Of a stretch of DNA of 20,000 nt, positions 1 through 11,770 are shown one piece after another. The notes beneath the pieces were generated by a model. The model did no database searches and had not been told where the DNA came from. It saw only the letters and a list, made by a program, of their open reading frames with translations. A program made the position numbers and the translations under genes. Origin of the DNA: Welwitschia mirabilis (taxonomy: Eukaryota). Position 1 is the stretch's first letter. Each line of letters begins with the position of its first letter. The stretch covers positions 12,225,479-12,245,478 of the forward strand of contig JBOZIK010000001.1 in NCBI GenBank assembly GCA_051453625.1, in the 5' to 3' direction.

Positions 1-480
1 CAATATATATTAGATATAAGACTTTGAGGGGCTCCAAACTGATAGATAATATTCTTAAAAAAAGGTTACTATAGTTTGGGAAGAGCAGTCAGATATAGCC
101 TCAGCCTCAATCCACTTAATGAAGTTATCAACACAGATCAAAATATATTTTTTCCATAGGATGAAGGATTAATAAATTCGATGAAATCTATTTTCTAGAC
201 ATCAAAAGGTTCAATTGATTAAATCCATTATTATGGAATTTCTAATCTCTACTTAAGTGCTCCATTTCTTTAACACTTATCATAACTCTAGACATAAATG
301 TTTGGATCTTTGAATATTGTGGGCTAGTAACATATCACATAAATAATTTTTATCTCCATTCTTCTTGCACCATAATTTCCTCCTTCTTCTCTTGCATGAG
401 CTTTCTTTACAATTTCTTTATGCAAATTTTCTTTCCACACATCTTCTAATAATATGATCTTTACATCTTCTAAATAACAT
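1..480 (-). pseudogene. Integrase remnant (zinc-binding region and start of the catalytic core)
   Basis: HAREEGGNYGARRM resembles H..GGHFG..RT; PFDV*KIDF and KYILICVDNFIKWIEAEA resemble FDVWGIDFMGP..KYILVAVDYVSKWVEA. Many stops; boundary approximate. Confidence 0.88.
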
Positions 481-649
481 CTTATCATGCTATGCGTAGT
501 CTCTAGACTCTCTTAATAATCTTTTTCTTTCATAATAATTTACAAAAACATGGTAATTTCTACTTACAATAAAATTTGCTATGTTAGCATACCATGGATT
601 GGTCTTGACTTGAAAGAGATGTTCATCTAGAAATTCATCTCTTATATTT

Positions 650-1920
650 ATCTGTTCTTCATTAGGAAATTCTAATCTTGAGATATGATCTTTTACTACA
701 TTTTCTGTCCCTCTTCTATCAATAATTTTTAGGTCAAATTATTGCATTAATAATATTCATCTCATAATTTTTAAATTAGCTTCCTTTTTATTCATTAAAA
801 ATCTAACAACACTATGATCTATATGAACATTTACTTTGTAACTTAAAATATAATGTCTGAACTTTTTTGATATTATTACTATTACTAACAACTCTTGCTT
901 AGTTCTTGTGTAATTTTGTTGAGATATTTTAAAGTTCTTACTAATATATACAATAGCATATGATTTATTATTTTCATCTTTTTACCTCAAAATGGATCCC
1001 ATAGTATGACTAAATGTATCAGTCATAAAGTAAAATGATATTCTTCAATTAGGTCCCTGTAAGATGGGTGCTGTTTAGTAGGCACTTTAACATTCATCAA
1101 TCTAATTATATTTCACATCCTTTTGTAAAATATTACTCAGAGGTTTAGCAATTTTACTAAAGTAGGATATAAATCTTCTATAATATCCAATGTGTCCTAA
1201 GAAAGATCTTAATTCTTTTAGTTTGGTTGGATTAAAATATCTTTTATAGCTTTAATTTTTTGTTCATTGATGTCAATCCCTTTTTCAAATATTTTATGTC
1301 CCAAAACTATGCCTTCTATCATTTTAATACGACTTTTCAACCAGCTAAGTTTTAAGTGTTTCTTTTTACATCTTTCTAAAACCCTTTCTAATATGTCAAT
1401 TGACTTATCAAAATTATTTCCAAAAGTTAAGAAATTATCCATAAATACTTTAATAGTTCTTCTTCTTATATCTTGAAAAATACTATTTACTAACGTTTGG
1501 AAGCTACCAGGGGCATTATATAAATCAAATGGTAATACTCTATAGGCTTAAGTACCCTAATGATAAGTAAAAATTGTCTTGGCTTGATTCTCTAAAGTTG
1601 TTAAAACCTAATTATATCCATTATATTCATTAAAAAAGATATAGTACTAATGCTTAGATATTCTTTCTAAAACCTGACCTATAAATGGAAGAGCAAAATG
1701 ATCTTTAAAAGTTGTTATATTCAACATTTAAAAATCTATACACACCTTTCTTTTATTTTATTTCTTTGATACCACTGTAATAAAACTAATCCATTCTGAA
1801 TCAGATGTAGGATAGGTAAACCGAACATTCAAGAGTTTAGAAATTTATTATTTAATTATTTTTTTCATCTGTGGATTACATCTTATTTTTGGCTACTTGC
1901 GTGGTTTAATGTAAGCATCC
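650..1920 (-). pseudogene. Reverse transcriptase and RNase H remnant
   Basis: ORF 1218-1442 (DNFLTFG...LERVLERC..LKLSW.K...EGIVLGHKI) matches the Athila RT C-terminal half. The active site reads VFMDNF instead of VFMDDF. RNase H motifs lie at about 880-1035. Confidence 0.92.
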
Positions 1921-2376
1921 AAATAAATTCTATGTTAACATATTTTTAGATCTATTTTCTTAATATCAGTATGATCCCAAGAAAAAGCTTCTTTTCTTCT
2001 GATCAACATTCTTTTAAACTTTCTTTTCTAAGAATAAGTTAAATAAATATTTATAATCAAAGATCAATTTGGAGCTACTTTAATATACTTTAATCCTTCC
2101 TTAAGTGAAGGCCTTTCTATCTCTTAAGATGTCAAACTTTCTTCTTCATACTTTTCTTTATTTTACTTATTTAACATCATACTAACCTCTTGTGTTAGAA
2201 TTACATTAGTTCTAGATTTTGTATTATGCACCATCTCCTCTACAACTACTGCATTATAAGTTGATCTCTTTCTTAAGATCTTCTATATTAATTTTCATGA
2301 CCCATTTTCTAGAATAAATAGTAGCATCTATAATAGCCATCTAACGTCTTTCTAAAATTACTACATGGGTGTATCC

Positions 2377-2619
2377 CTAATTCTTCATTACTAAAAAATC
2401 TATTAAGTAGATAAATCCATAGAGTTTGATGAATATATATTTTAGAACTCCTTTTGGTGGTACTGCTAAACCATTTTCCAAGTATACTTTTTCTTGGTAA
2501 GATATCAATTTTGGCTTTTCCACTTCCTTATAAGTCTCATATGCCATTATGTTAACACTTGCTTCTAGATCCATAAGTGCTTCTACTTTGAGCTTTCCAT
2601 TAATTTTTATGTTTGTCAT
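2377..2619 (-). pseudogene. Retroviral-type aspartic protease remnant
   Basis: ALMDLEASVNIM resembles ALCDLGASVNLM; PKGVL and IDFLVM resemble P.GVLEDV and .DFVVL. Confidence 0.88.
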
Positions 2620-2690
2620 AGGTGTTCCTAGATTACTAAACTTTCACATTGTTTATTTTAAAGAACTTATGTAAAACTCTAAGAAACTTG

Positions 2691-2758
2691 GTCTTTCCTA
2701 ACCATCTCAATTTATTTTTCATTTGTCTTTCCTAACCATCTCAATTTGTTTTTCATTC
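2691..2758 (+). repeat. 34-bp tandem duplication
   Basis: gtctttcctaaccatctcaatttatttttcattt (2691-2724) followed by gtctttcctaaccatctcaatttgtttttcattc (2725-2758); 2 mismatches. Confidence 0.95.
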
Positions 2759-2759
2759 T

Positions 2760-4513
2760 TACTTTCCTTTTTATTCCTTTGTTTTAAGCACATGCTTTTC
2801 ATTTGCTTCTAATACGTAGGTAAATCTTTTAGTACTTTTAAATAAGGTAGTGATATTATTGTATCTTCTAAAACTTTTGTTAAATATTCTATGTCGTTTT
2901 CAATTTTTTGATGTTCTATTTGTTTACTTATCATTAGAAAAGGTAGAGGATCTGTTGATGCATCAACTACTACTTCCTTTTTCATATTTGTTTCTTCATC
3001 AAATAAAGAGATTTTTAAATTTGTTTTCTTTTCTTGGTCTTCATATGTTACCATTGTTTTCTAGATTTAGTAGTACTGCTTTACTTGTTGCTTCTCCTGG
3101 ATTGGATTGAGGTTGAGTAGGAGTTTTTCCTTCTTTCTTCTCTGCTTCTAATTTTTCTTTTATGTCTTTTAAATTTTTGTTTCTCCAATTCCTATAATAA
3201 TCATATTGCTTTTATCTTTTAGAATTTACATACTTTGTAAAGGCTTTTCTAACTTACCTTCCTATATCCTACTTCTCGTTTCCTACTTTTGGTAAGGATA
3301 TGGTTTTTTTTTCTTGCTTGAGGTTGATCTTCTATATTTAAATATACTCTATTATATCCAATTAATGAATAAAATCCTACATCCAGGGACACTCTATTCC
3401 TTCATAATTATCTTCTCCACAATGTTTGCATATAGGTCCTTCTTTCTCTTTAAAGTGTTATATAGCTAACTGATCAAATTTTCTATCATATTATCAGTTA
3501 CTTTTTTAGCTACTTCTTCTATGAGATTGATATGCTTTGAACTATACACACTACCATCCACTTCTGGGGTAAATACTTCATCTATTCTTTTCTTCTTTCC
3601 ACTCTCTTATCTTCATCCTTGATTCATGTTATAAAACTGAGTAATAGATTTTTCTACATTCTTTGCCTTAATGCTTCTTATACATAATAAGTTTAATTCC
3701 TTTAAAGTTTGACTCTGTAATCCTCTAAATAAATCTCTGACTCATTCTCTAGGTACATCTTCATGGTTGGAACATTTAGCTAACAATATATTATATCTAT
3801 CCATGAACTTGTCAAACCTTTTATTATCTTTCTATTTAATATTCAAATTTTGTTCTCTCAAATCTTCAACTATTCTTATGGGTTGAAGTTTAGCTAAGAA
3901 AGCTTTTTAAGATCTTCCAATGAACTAAAAGCATGATTAATATTTTTATCATATCATAGTTGAGCATCCCTTTTTAAAGAAAAAGAAAAATACTTGAGAA
4001 AATCAGATTCTGAATCAATATGATTTGCTTTACAGAAGGCATCAAATAAACTTAAATGTAGTAGAGGTTCTTCTGATTTCTTGCCCTCAAAAGTTGGTAT
4101 TGATGTTATATTTATATTTTCACTTTTTCCAGGTATTCTAAGATTGTAGAATTAATAAAACTTAAATTTTCTAGCCAACGAGTTTCATAATCTTCCCAAT
4201 AGCACCCTGCTACAAATTTTTTTTAAGGTTTACTTATCTTAGCTATTTGGGAAGATTCTCCTTGAGTAATAGGTGATTTGAGAAGAATACATAACCTATG
4301 TTCTATTTCACTCATTAGTTTAGGAAGGATTTGTTCTTTTACAATTTTTTCAATAGCGGTTTCATCCATATTAAAATCTTCCTCCTCTATCTCTATTTTA
4401 ATCTTGCTTTCAGTATGCTCATATAAATTATATTTGCTAGGATATTTAACAAACTTACCTCTCTCATTTCATCATTTTCCTTAACTATCCTATTAGATTA
4501 TAGACTTTTTCAT
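2760..4513 (-). pseudogene. gag remnant, copy 1
   Basis: ATG at 4513 just after the PBS; PTFEGKKSEEPLLHLSLFDAFC...KYFSFSLKRDAQL*Y (retrotransposon gag); zinc-knuckle relic CKHCGEDNYEGIEC near 3385-3430. Many stops. Confidence 0.85.
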
Positions 4514-4537
4514 TTCTACTAGTTAGCTTTAGGATAT

Positions 4538-4554
4538 CCCTCCTTCTAGAACCA
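4538..4554 (-). promoter_or_regulatory. Primer-binding site, probably complementary to the tRNA-Asn(GUU) 3' end
   Basis: Minus strand reads ...CACCA ttt TGGTTCTAGAAGGAGGG. The plus strand ccctccttctagaacca matches the recalled plant tRNA-Asn 3' end CCCTCCTTCTAGCGCCA at 15/17. It sits 3 nt from the LTR terminal CA. Confidence 0.75.
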
Positions 4555-4557
4555 AAA

Positions 4558-5092
4558 TGGTGAAAGCTTATATTATGAAATAAATATAAAAATACTAAGA
4601 AATTATTCCAAAAAATACATAAAACTATGATGCTGTTAATCTAAAATAAGCTTAAATCATTAAATGAAAATCAGAGATTTACTAAAGAACTAGTTGAGAT
4701 CACTAACACTTCAACCATTTAGTTCAAAATGCATTATCAAGATAAACTCATGATGAAGTTACTTGAACTAGTTAGGTTGATGACTGATGAGTTTTCTATA
4801 TACATATATTACACTATTGGAAATGAAAAAAACATAGCAAAAGTTTTACTAAACGCTGAATAATACTTATTTTTAAGTATTACTAATTATCCTAATTTAT
4901 GTTCAGCTACATAAATAGGAGTAAGTAAAAGAAGATATTACCTTTCTAAGTAGTAAAACATGTTCACAATATTTCTTAAAGACATTAGCTTTCCAACTTT
5001 ATATTAAAATACTAGAATGTTACATAAGAATATATTGATAAGTTTGTGTTTTTCTTTGTAGGTAATACTAGAACATTAGAGCTGCTGCTATG
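4558..5092 (-). repeat. Partial 5' LTR of gypsy copy 1 (cut by the gap)
   Basis: Starts tggtgaaagctta, adjoins the PBS and aligns colinearly with 7012-~7508. Confidence 0.8.
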
Positions 5093-5192
5093 NNNNNNNN
5101 NNNNNNNNNNNNNNNNNNNNNNNNNNNNNNNNNNNNNNNNNNNNNNNNNNNNNNNNNNNNNNNNNNNNNNNNNNNNNNNNNNNNNNNNNNNN
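5093..5192. other. Assembly gap (100 N)
   Basis: Run of 100 N; the round length suggests a placeholder of unknown true size. Confidence 0.99.
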
Positions 5193-5923
5193 TAACTATC
5201 TCAATTTATTTTTCCTTCTTACTTTCCTTTTTATTCCTTTGTTTTAAACACATGCTCTTCATTTGCTTCCAATACATACGGACATCTTTTAATAATTTTA
5301 AAAGAGGTAATGATATCAGTGTATCTTCTAAAACTTTTGTTAAATATTCTATGTCCTTTTTAATTTTTGGACATTCTACTTGTCTAGTTCTCATTGGAAA
5401 AGGTAGAGAATCTGCTAATGCATCAACAACTACTTCCTTCTTCGTATTTATTCATTCATCAACTAAATAGCTATTCAAATTTGTTTTCTTTCCTTGGTCT
5501 TCATCTATCACCATCTGTTTTGCTTTCCTTGAACTTGGTTGAGGTTGAGTAGGAATTTTTCCTTCTTTCTTCTCTATCTCTTATTTTTCTTTCATGTCTT
5601 TTAAATCTTTGTTTCTCCAATTTCTATAATAATTATATTGTTTTCTCTTTTAGCATTTATATGTTTTTGTAAAGGCTTTTTTGACTTACCTTTCCATTTC
5701 CTACTTTGGTAAGGATATGGTTTTTTTCTTGCTTGAGGTTGATTCCCTATATTTAAATCTATTCTATTAATATCCAACCACTGAACAAATCCCTACATTT
5801 AAGGACATTCTGTTCCTTCATGATTATCTTCTCCAAAATGTTCATATAAAGGTCTTTTTTCCTCTTTAAAGTGTCGTACAACTAACTAATCAAATTTTTC
5901 TACCATACTATCAATCACTTTTT

Positions 5924-5979
5924 TAGCTACTTCTTTCATAAGACTAATACATAGCTACTTCTTCGATAAGACTGATATG
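5924..5979 (+). repeat. 28-bp tandem duplication specific to copy 2
   Basis: tagctacttctttcataagactaataca / tagctacttcttcgataagactgatatg; copy 1 has a single unit near 3507. Confidence 0.9.
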
Positions 5980-7011
5980 CTTTGAGCTATACACACGATC
6001 ATCTATGTCAGGGATAAATACTTCATTTATTCCTTTCTTCTTTTCACTTTCTTGTTCCCATCCTTGCCTCATGTTATAAAACTTAGTAATAGATTCTCCT
6101 ACCTCTTAAACATTTTTTGTCTTAATGCTTCCTCTACATCGTAAGCCTAATTCCTTTAAAGTTTAACTATGTAATCCTCTAAATAGAGATCTGACTAGTT
6201 CTCTGGCTATAATTCTATGCTTATGACATTTAGTTAATAATATATTATATCTATCCAAGAACTCATCAAATGTTTCATTATCTTTTTGTTTAATATTCAA
6301 AATTTGTTCTCTTAAATGTTCAACTATCTTTATGGGTTGAGATTTAGCTAAAAAAGCATTCTTAAGAGTTTCCCATAAACTAAAAGCATGATCATGATTT
6401 CTATGATATCATAGTCGAGTATCCCCTTTTAAAGAAAAACGAAAATACCTCAAGAAATTAGATTCTAAGTCAAGATAATTTTCTTGGTAGAAGGAATCAA
6501 ATAAACTTAAATCCTATAGAGGTTCTTTTAATTTCTTATCCTCAAAAGTGGGTATTAATGGTATATTTATCTTTCTCACACTTTCTAAGTATTCTAAGGC
6601 TATCGGATTAATAGGACTTAAATCTTCTAGCTAATGAGTTTTATAATTCAAAGGTCTTGAATCTCCATCGTCTTCCCAATAACATCCTACTACAAATTTT
6701 GTTTCAGGTTTATTTATCCTAGCTATTTGGGAAGATTCTTCTTGAGTGATAAGTGATGTGAGAAGAATGCACAACCACTATGCTATTTTACTCATTAATT
6801 TAGAAAAGATTTATTTTTTTATAGTCTTTCCAACAGTAGTTTCATCCATACTAAAATCTTCCTCTTCTATCTCTATTTTAATCTTACTTCTCGTCTACTC
6901 ATCCAAATTATATTTGTCAGATATTTTAACAAACTTACCTCTCTCATCTCGTCATTTTCCTTCACTATCATGTTGGATTGACTTCTTCATCTCTACTAGT
7001 TAGCTATGAAA

Positions 7012-7925
7012 TTATGAAAGCTTATATTGTGAAATAAATGGAGAAAATACTAGGAAATTATGCTGAAAAATGTAGAAAACCATAATGATGTTAACCTAAA
7101 ATAGATTAAACCATTAAATTAAAATCAAATGTTTATTAAAGAACTAGCTGAAACCACTCAACACTTGAACCATTTATTTTAAAATGCACCATTAAGATAA
7201 ACTCATGATGAAGTTACTTGAACTAGTCAACTTGATAATTGATGAGTTAACTACATATAAACATTATGTAAGTTTCACTGAACGCTGAACAATACTTATT
7301 TTTAAGTATTGCTAATTATCCTAATTTATTTTCAGCTGCATAAAAAGGAGCAAGTAATGGAGGATATTACTTTTTTAAGTAATAAAATATGTTCACAATA
7401 CTTCTTAAAAATATTAGTTTTCATCTTTACCAGAAGTTACACAGAAATGTATTGATAAGTTGTGTTTTCCTCTACAGGTAACACTAGAACTTTGGAAATG
7501 CTACTACGCCCTTTTCAGAATGTCTGAAGCTTTCCTTTGACCTCTTGATTTGTTCTATTTCTAAAGACTTTTTTTTCAGAAGATCCTCCCTCCTTGTGGT
7601 GATCCTCTTCTTATACTTTTTAGCCCCTTTCTATTTTGCTAATTTCTTTTTTTGCTCCTGAAGGATAGGTTTATGGTTGAAGTTGTTGTGTTTCCACCAC
7701 CTTGGTCTTCTCTCTCATCCTCATGCCAAATGGCATTTTGTACCTTTATATCTATCCATCTATATATATATGCTAACCTACTAACATACTAACTAATCTA
7801 TTAACTAGCTAGTACATTAACATAAGTACTAAAGAGAAATATCGAATACCATCTAAAATATATAATTATAAGAACAAAAATATTTTATTAATAAGAACAG
7901 TTTACATCATTATTTTTACTCATCA
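7012..7925 (-). repeat. Complete 5' LTR (~914 bp) of gypsy copy 2
   Basis: Minus strand begins TGATGAG (plus-strand catca at 7921-7925). The other end is ttatg at 7012 here and tggtg at 4558 in copy 1, giving consensus TGATG, so the termini are TGATG...CATCA. Confidence 0.72.
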
Positions 7926-8149
7926 TACATCATCCTTGGATGGAGGAAATGTGCTTAAATGTGAGATTTTAATGTCACTAGAAAAGTCACTAAACATTAA
8001 CACTTGCTTAGAAATTATAGCACCATCCCCAATAATGGTGGTAATAATAAGTGCAAAGTCATTGCATCTTATGTCATACAATTCAATGAACCTTATGATT
8101 TTATAATGTTTTTGAAAGTTTTCATATAATAGTCAAATGAACTGATGTT

Positions 8150-8240
8150 ACCAAAAAACAAACAAGGTTATGAAATGCTTGGCACCTTATATCACATCAA
8201 GGTATATATTTCATGAGGTCATTTCCCAATTTGACATCTT
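8150..8240 (+). pseudogene. Possible Ty1/copia pol relic (region after integrase)
   Basis: KQGYEMLGTLYHIKVYIS*GHF resembles the copia motif KGYRxYxPxxxKVxISRDVxF. Single motif only. Confidence 0.4.
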
Positions 8241-8544
8241 ATGATGTTCTAAGAATTCAAATCTAATTAATGATGCATCCAACCTAAACACTATGGTTAA
8301 ATAACAATTTAATGTTGCCTTGACATCTTGCAAAACTCAGGAAACATTATATAGGTTACGGTGAAATTAATATGCCTTTGGCTTTAAAAATTAATAAAAT
8401 GTTACTTTAATTAGTTGTCAATCATCTAAGGTAAACGACGTATAGCCTAATCAATTGATACTGCACTTTGTTTTAAGTGTAATATGTGAGAGAGAGAGAT
8501 ATTATTAAAAAAATAGAGGGGATGCATATTATAGTACATAATTC

Positions 8545-9405
8545 CCAAATGGAAAAATTCAAAATCCTAAGTTTCTTTGTAATAATACCAATGATGATGT
8601 CCAATAAAATAATAAAATCTTAACACCTATCAATAATCACACGTGATGAGCTAAAGGAGTAGTAATAAAGGATTGCATTATAACAACAATGGATTTGCTC
8701 TTCTAGCACCATATTCTCTATTGATTTTACATTTCAAATTTTCTTATCTCAAATAATGGTAATCATTTCACAAGTAAGGTGTTGTAAAAATGTATTAAGT
8801 CTTATGCTTTAAAGTGTAGTTTAACATCACTATATCATCTATAGGCTAATGATCAACTCAAGATTATTAATAGGGAGATTTTTTAAATTATCCTTAACCT
8901 TATTATCAAATATGAGAAGAATTTATTTAATAAACTTCTTAAGACTTTATAATTTTACCATGCCTCTTATAAAAATCCCACTAAATATAACATTGTATAA
9001 TGTCTTTATGGAAAACTTCATACTTCTCATTAAACTTGAAGATCAAAGTATATCTATGATGGTTGAGTTAGATCTTAACTTAGCCATCTCTCAAAAGAAA
9101 AGACAAGCAATATTGAATATCTTAGATGAGGATATGGGAAACACCAAAGTCAACAAACTTCAATTTCTTCAAGAGGAACAATGGTTTGGTGTATAATCCC
9201 TTACTAAACAATTCATCAACTAAATTCCTTACATACTGAGATGTACAACCAAACTAATTAATTTGTTCTATTTAGTAGCCACTAAATTGTGAGAACGTAT
9301 AAGACTTAAATAAGGCCTTGGACATGCAAGCTATTAATGTGACAACATTTGAAGAAATATCATCATCATGGTAATGATGATTAACACGATTAAGATGTAC
9401 TCCTA
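8545..9405 (+). pseudogene. Highly degenerate Ty3/gypsy integrase from an older, opposite-strand element
   Basis: KILTPINNHT**AKG resembles YILxAIDYxTKWAEA; LISNNGNHFTS...TSLYHL*ANDQLKIINREI resembles IISDNGxHF...TPYHPQANGQVExxNREI; L*FYHASYKNP...YGK resembles LWAYRTAYKTP...YGK. Confidence 0.82.
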
Positions 9406-10188
9406 CCTTTTCTCGTATTATATTATAGAGTTCCCTCATGTTTTCTTTATAAATTTTCCTTTTTACTTGAATAGATATAGATTAGGATCTCTTTTTCTTT
9501 TTATTCTTTTTATCTTAATTAATCAAATCTCTACATTTAAATTCACATGTTCAAATGATTTAATGAACAAGGATCATCATAATTTAACAAAAATAAGTTT
9601 ATTTAGGTGATAATGTAGTATCCTATTCAAGTACAGATATGGTGGCTTTAGTTTTGTATTTTCATTTAAAGCATGAAGCATGTCCATTTTGTGAATACTA
9701 AAGTAGCTTCGTTAGTATTTACAAAAAAAAGGATTATGAATACTTAGTTATAAATAATATCTTTTTCAGATAAGTGAGTTCTAGATTTTACCTAACCTTG
9801 ACTTCTCATGCACTTGAGGCCATAATTCATTCATGCAAAAAAATTGTGACTATAATAATTTTTGAGATAATCCAATGCCATAGCTATTATGCTACAATCG
9901 CATCCTAAAGACTCATTAAACTATGTAAAGTAATACTGCAGTCTTTCATATTACAGTTCCATATTACAACCACCCACTTGAAGGAATCATGTGTCAAGTG
10001 ATCATGATGTAAACAAATTTCAAGGAAGAGAGTTCATGAATTACTCTGGTGATCACTACTTTATATCATTATAAGATCTCCGATACTTTGGCAAAGACAA
10101 CTCATAATGAGAAACATGGCACCACTTCATACAATGTAATCTAATTCCAACCAAACACTATATATTCCATGTACTTTTTCCTTTAGTT

Positions 10189-10243
10189 TAAAGGAGGGAA
10201 GAAAAGAAAGAAGGGGGAAAAAGAAGAAGAAGAAGAAGAAGAG
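10189..10243 (+). repeat. Purine-rich tract ending in a (GAA)n microsatellite
   Basis: aaaggagggaagaaaagaaagaagggggaaaaagaagaagaagaagaagaagag. Confidence 0.85.
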
Positions 10244-11339
10244 CCTAAAAACATTGATTACCAAGAGCCAACTATGTTTTCAACAAAAATGTAACTAGTT
10301 TTCATTATGTTAAAACCCCTCCATTGCATTTATTTGTATTTATTTTACTCGCAACATGGTTTTACAAGATACATCCATTTTCCATCTCATTCAATTGCTG
10401 GTTTTATCTTTAAAATGTTCTCATTACAATATATGTGAACTTTTGTCATTGCCTATCAAGACCAATTCAATGGTGTCATTCAAGCTTTCATACTTTTACT
10501 CTGTACCTTGTACTATTAACACTATGAGTAAAGACAAAATGAAAAACATGTTTTAGTGAGCAATCACTTTCATAATGCATTGTCAAGGTAGAAATAGCAT
10601 CATTTACTAGAACTCACTTTGAGCTTTTCCATGATTACTGAATAGTCAAATCTAGAGTTGGTTAGTCAAAGTTATGATTATTGGAAAACAATACATTGTT
10701 CACGATTATTTGTAAAAAAGAAAGGAGAAAATAAAAAAGTAAAATAGGTCTTATTAAATTCTTAATTTTTACAAATTGTAATGTTTATTAGTTTTCATGT
10801 GCATCATAAAACATAGGATTTAACATTTCATAGGTTGCATCATAGGATTAGCATTTGTCATGCATTAATTTATTATCTTTGTTAACTCTGCCTTAACACA
10901 CTGTAAAAATGTTGTATATGTAAGTAGTCATTCCTCTTGCTTTTTCACCTTTATTTACATGTCACACATTATGTTCTTGCTCTCTCCGCCCTCTCATTCT
11001 CTCATTACCTATAGTAGTTACCTCTCTCTACCCTCCTTTTAACCATTGGATTCATAGTAATTATTACTACTACACCTTTCGTAACATAGCAAGATTGATA
11101 TTTCAAATGCTCATAGTTGAGTTGGAGACATTTCATTAAAATTTTACCCCAGTGAACTTACATCATGTTTCTTTGGATGATGAATGGCACATAAAGCACC
11201 CATAAACCTATGCAAGGTAAGCATACCACTCCTCAAGAGCCTTCCCTCTTCAAAGGCGTAAAGTCTTCAAGGAATCCTGGATTATAGCTTTAGAACACAC
11301 ATTAAGGAAATAGGAACAATTTTGTAGAACATATTAGCA

Positions 11340-11770
11340 GCCAATTTATTTCTAGCATGTCCAATACATAAGGGCATTTACTATTCTGATAAGGTAATTG
11401 AGTTTTATAGAAACTAAAAACTAGACTACAAGACTCATACCTTTAGCCAATGTATAGCTACATGGGATCCTTATTGTGAACATTAAAGGAATGTCAGATG
11501 TACCTAAGCATTGCTCCCCAGAGAGTAAGTAATAAGTCCAAAATTCATGATTTATTGTTCATAAGGAGGTTTTATTGACTTTCCACCAAGACAAAAACAG
11601 ATGATGATTCAAATATCTTTAGAGCTTAAATTCTACATCAGAGAGGTTGATTATAAATATCATCCAATGGGTAGGCTTTCTACATTAGCAGTCCAGCATG
11701 TGATCCTCTTCTTCATTATGAAGAGTAAAAGAAGAATAACATTATCATTTTCTTGTTTAAAGTAATGGAG
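11340..11770 (+). pseudogene. Possible Athila-type extra (env-like) ORF relic downstream of the integrase
   Basis: HKGIYYSDKVIEFYRN* (11367-11417) resembles YPxLVxEFYxNL; it is followed by ILIVNIKG (cf. V.VRG) and LSFSCL (cf. LPFPSL). Same strand as the 8545-9405 integrase. Confidence 0.5.

Larger units (their letters stand above)
1..5092 (-). mobile_element. Degenerate Ty3/gypsy LTR retrotransposon, Athila-like (copy 1); cut by the window start and by the N-gap
   Basis: Minus-strand order LTR-PBS-gag-PR-RT-RH-INT is the gypsy order. Motifs: ALMDLEASVNIM (protease), KDHFALPFIGQVLER, VFMDNF and EGIVLGHKI (RT), MTDTFSHTMGSIL and QQNYTRTKQELL (RNase H), PFDV*KIDF and YILICVDNFIKWIEAEA (integrase). 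Confidence 0.95.
5193..7925 (-). mobile_element. Second diverged copy of the same Athila-like element (gag plus 5' LTR; PBS deleted)
   Basis: 5193-~7508 is colinear with ~2732-5092 but has many substitutions and indels. gag ATG at 6990; IPTFEDKKLKEPL*DLSLFD...RYFRFSLKGDTRL*Y. Confidence 0.93.

Noticed and set aside
4278..7003. Similar plus-strand ORFs 4278-4484 and 6746-7003, also 2850-3110 and 5090-5470
   Set aside because: They are antisense shadows of the duplicated gag; their similarity follows from the DNA repeat.
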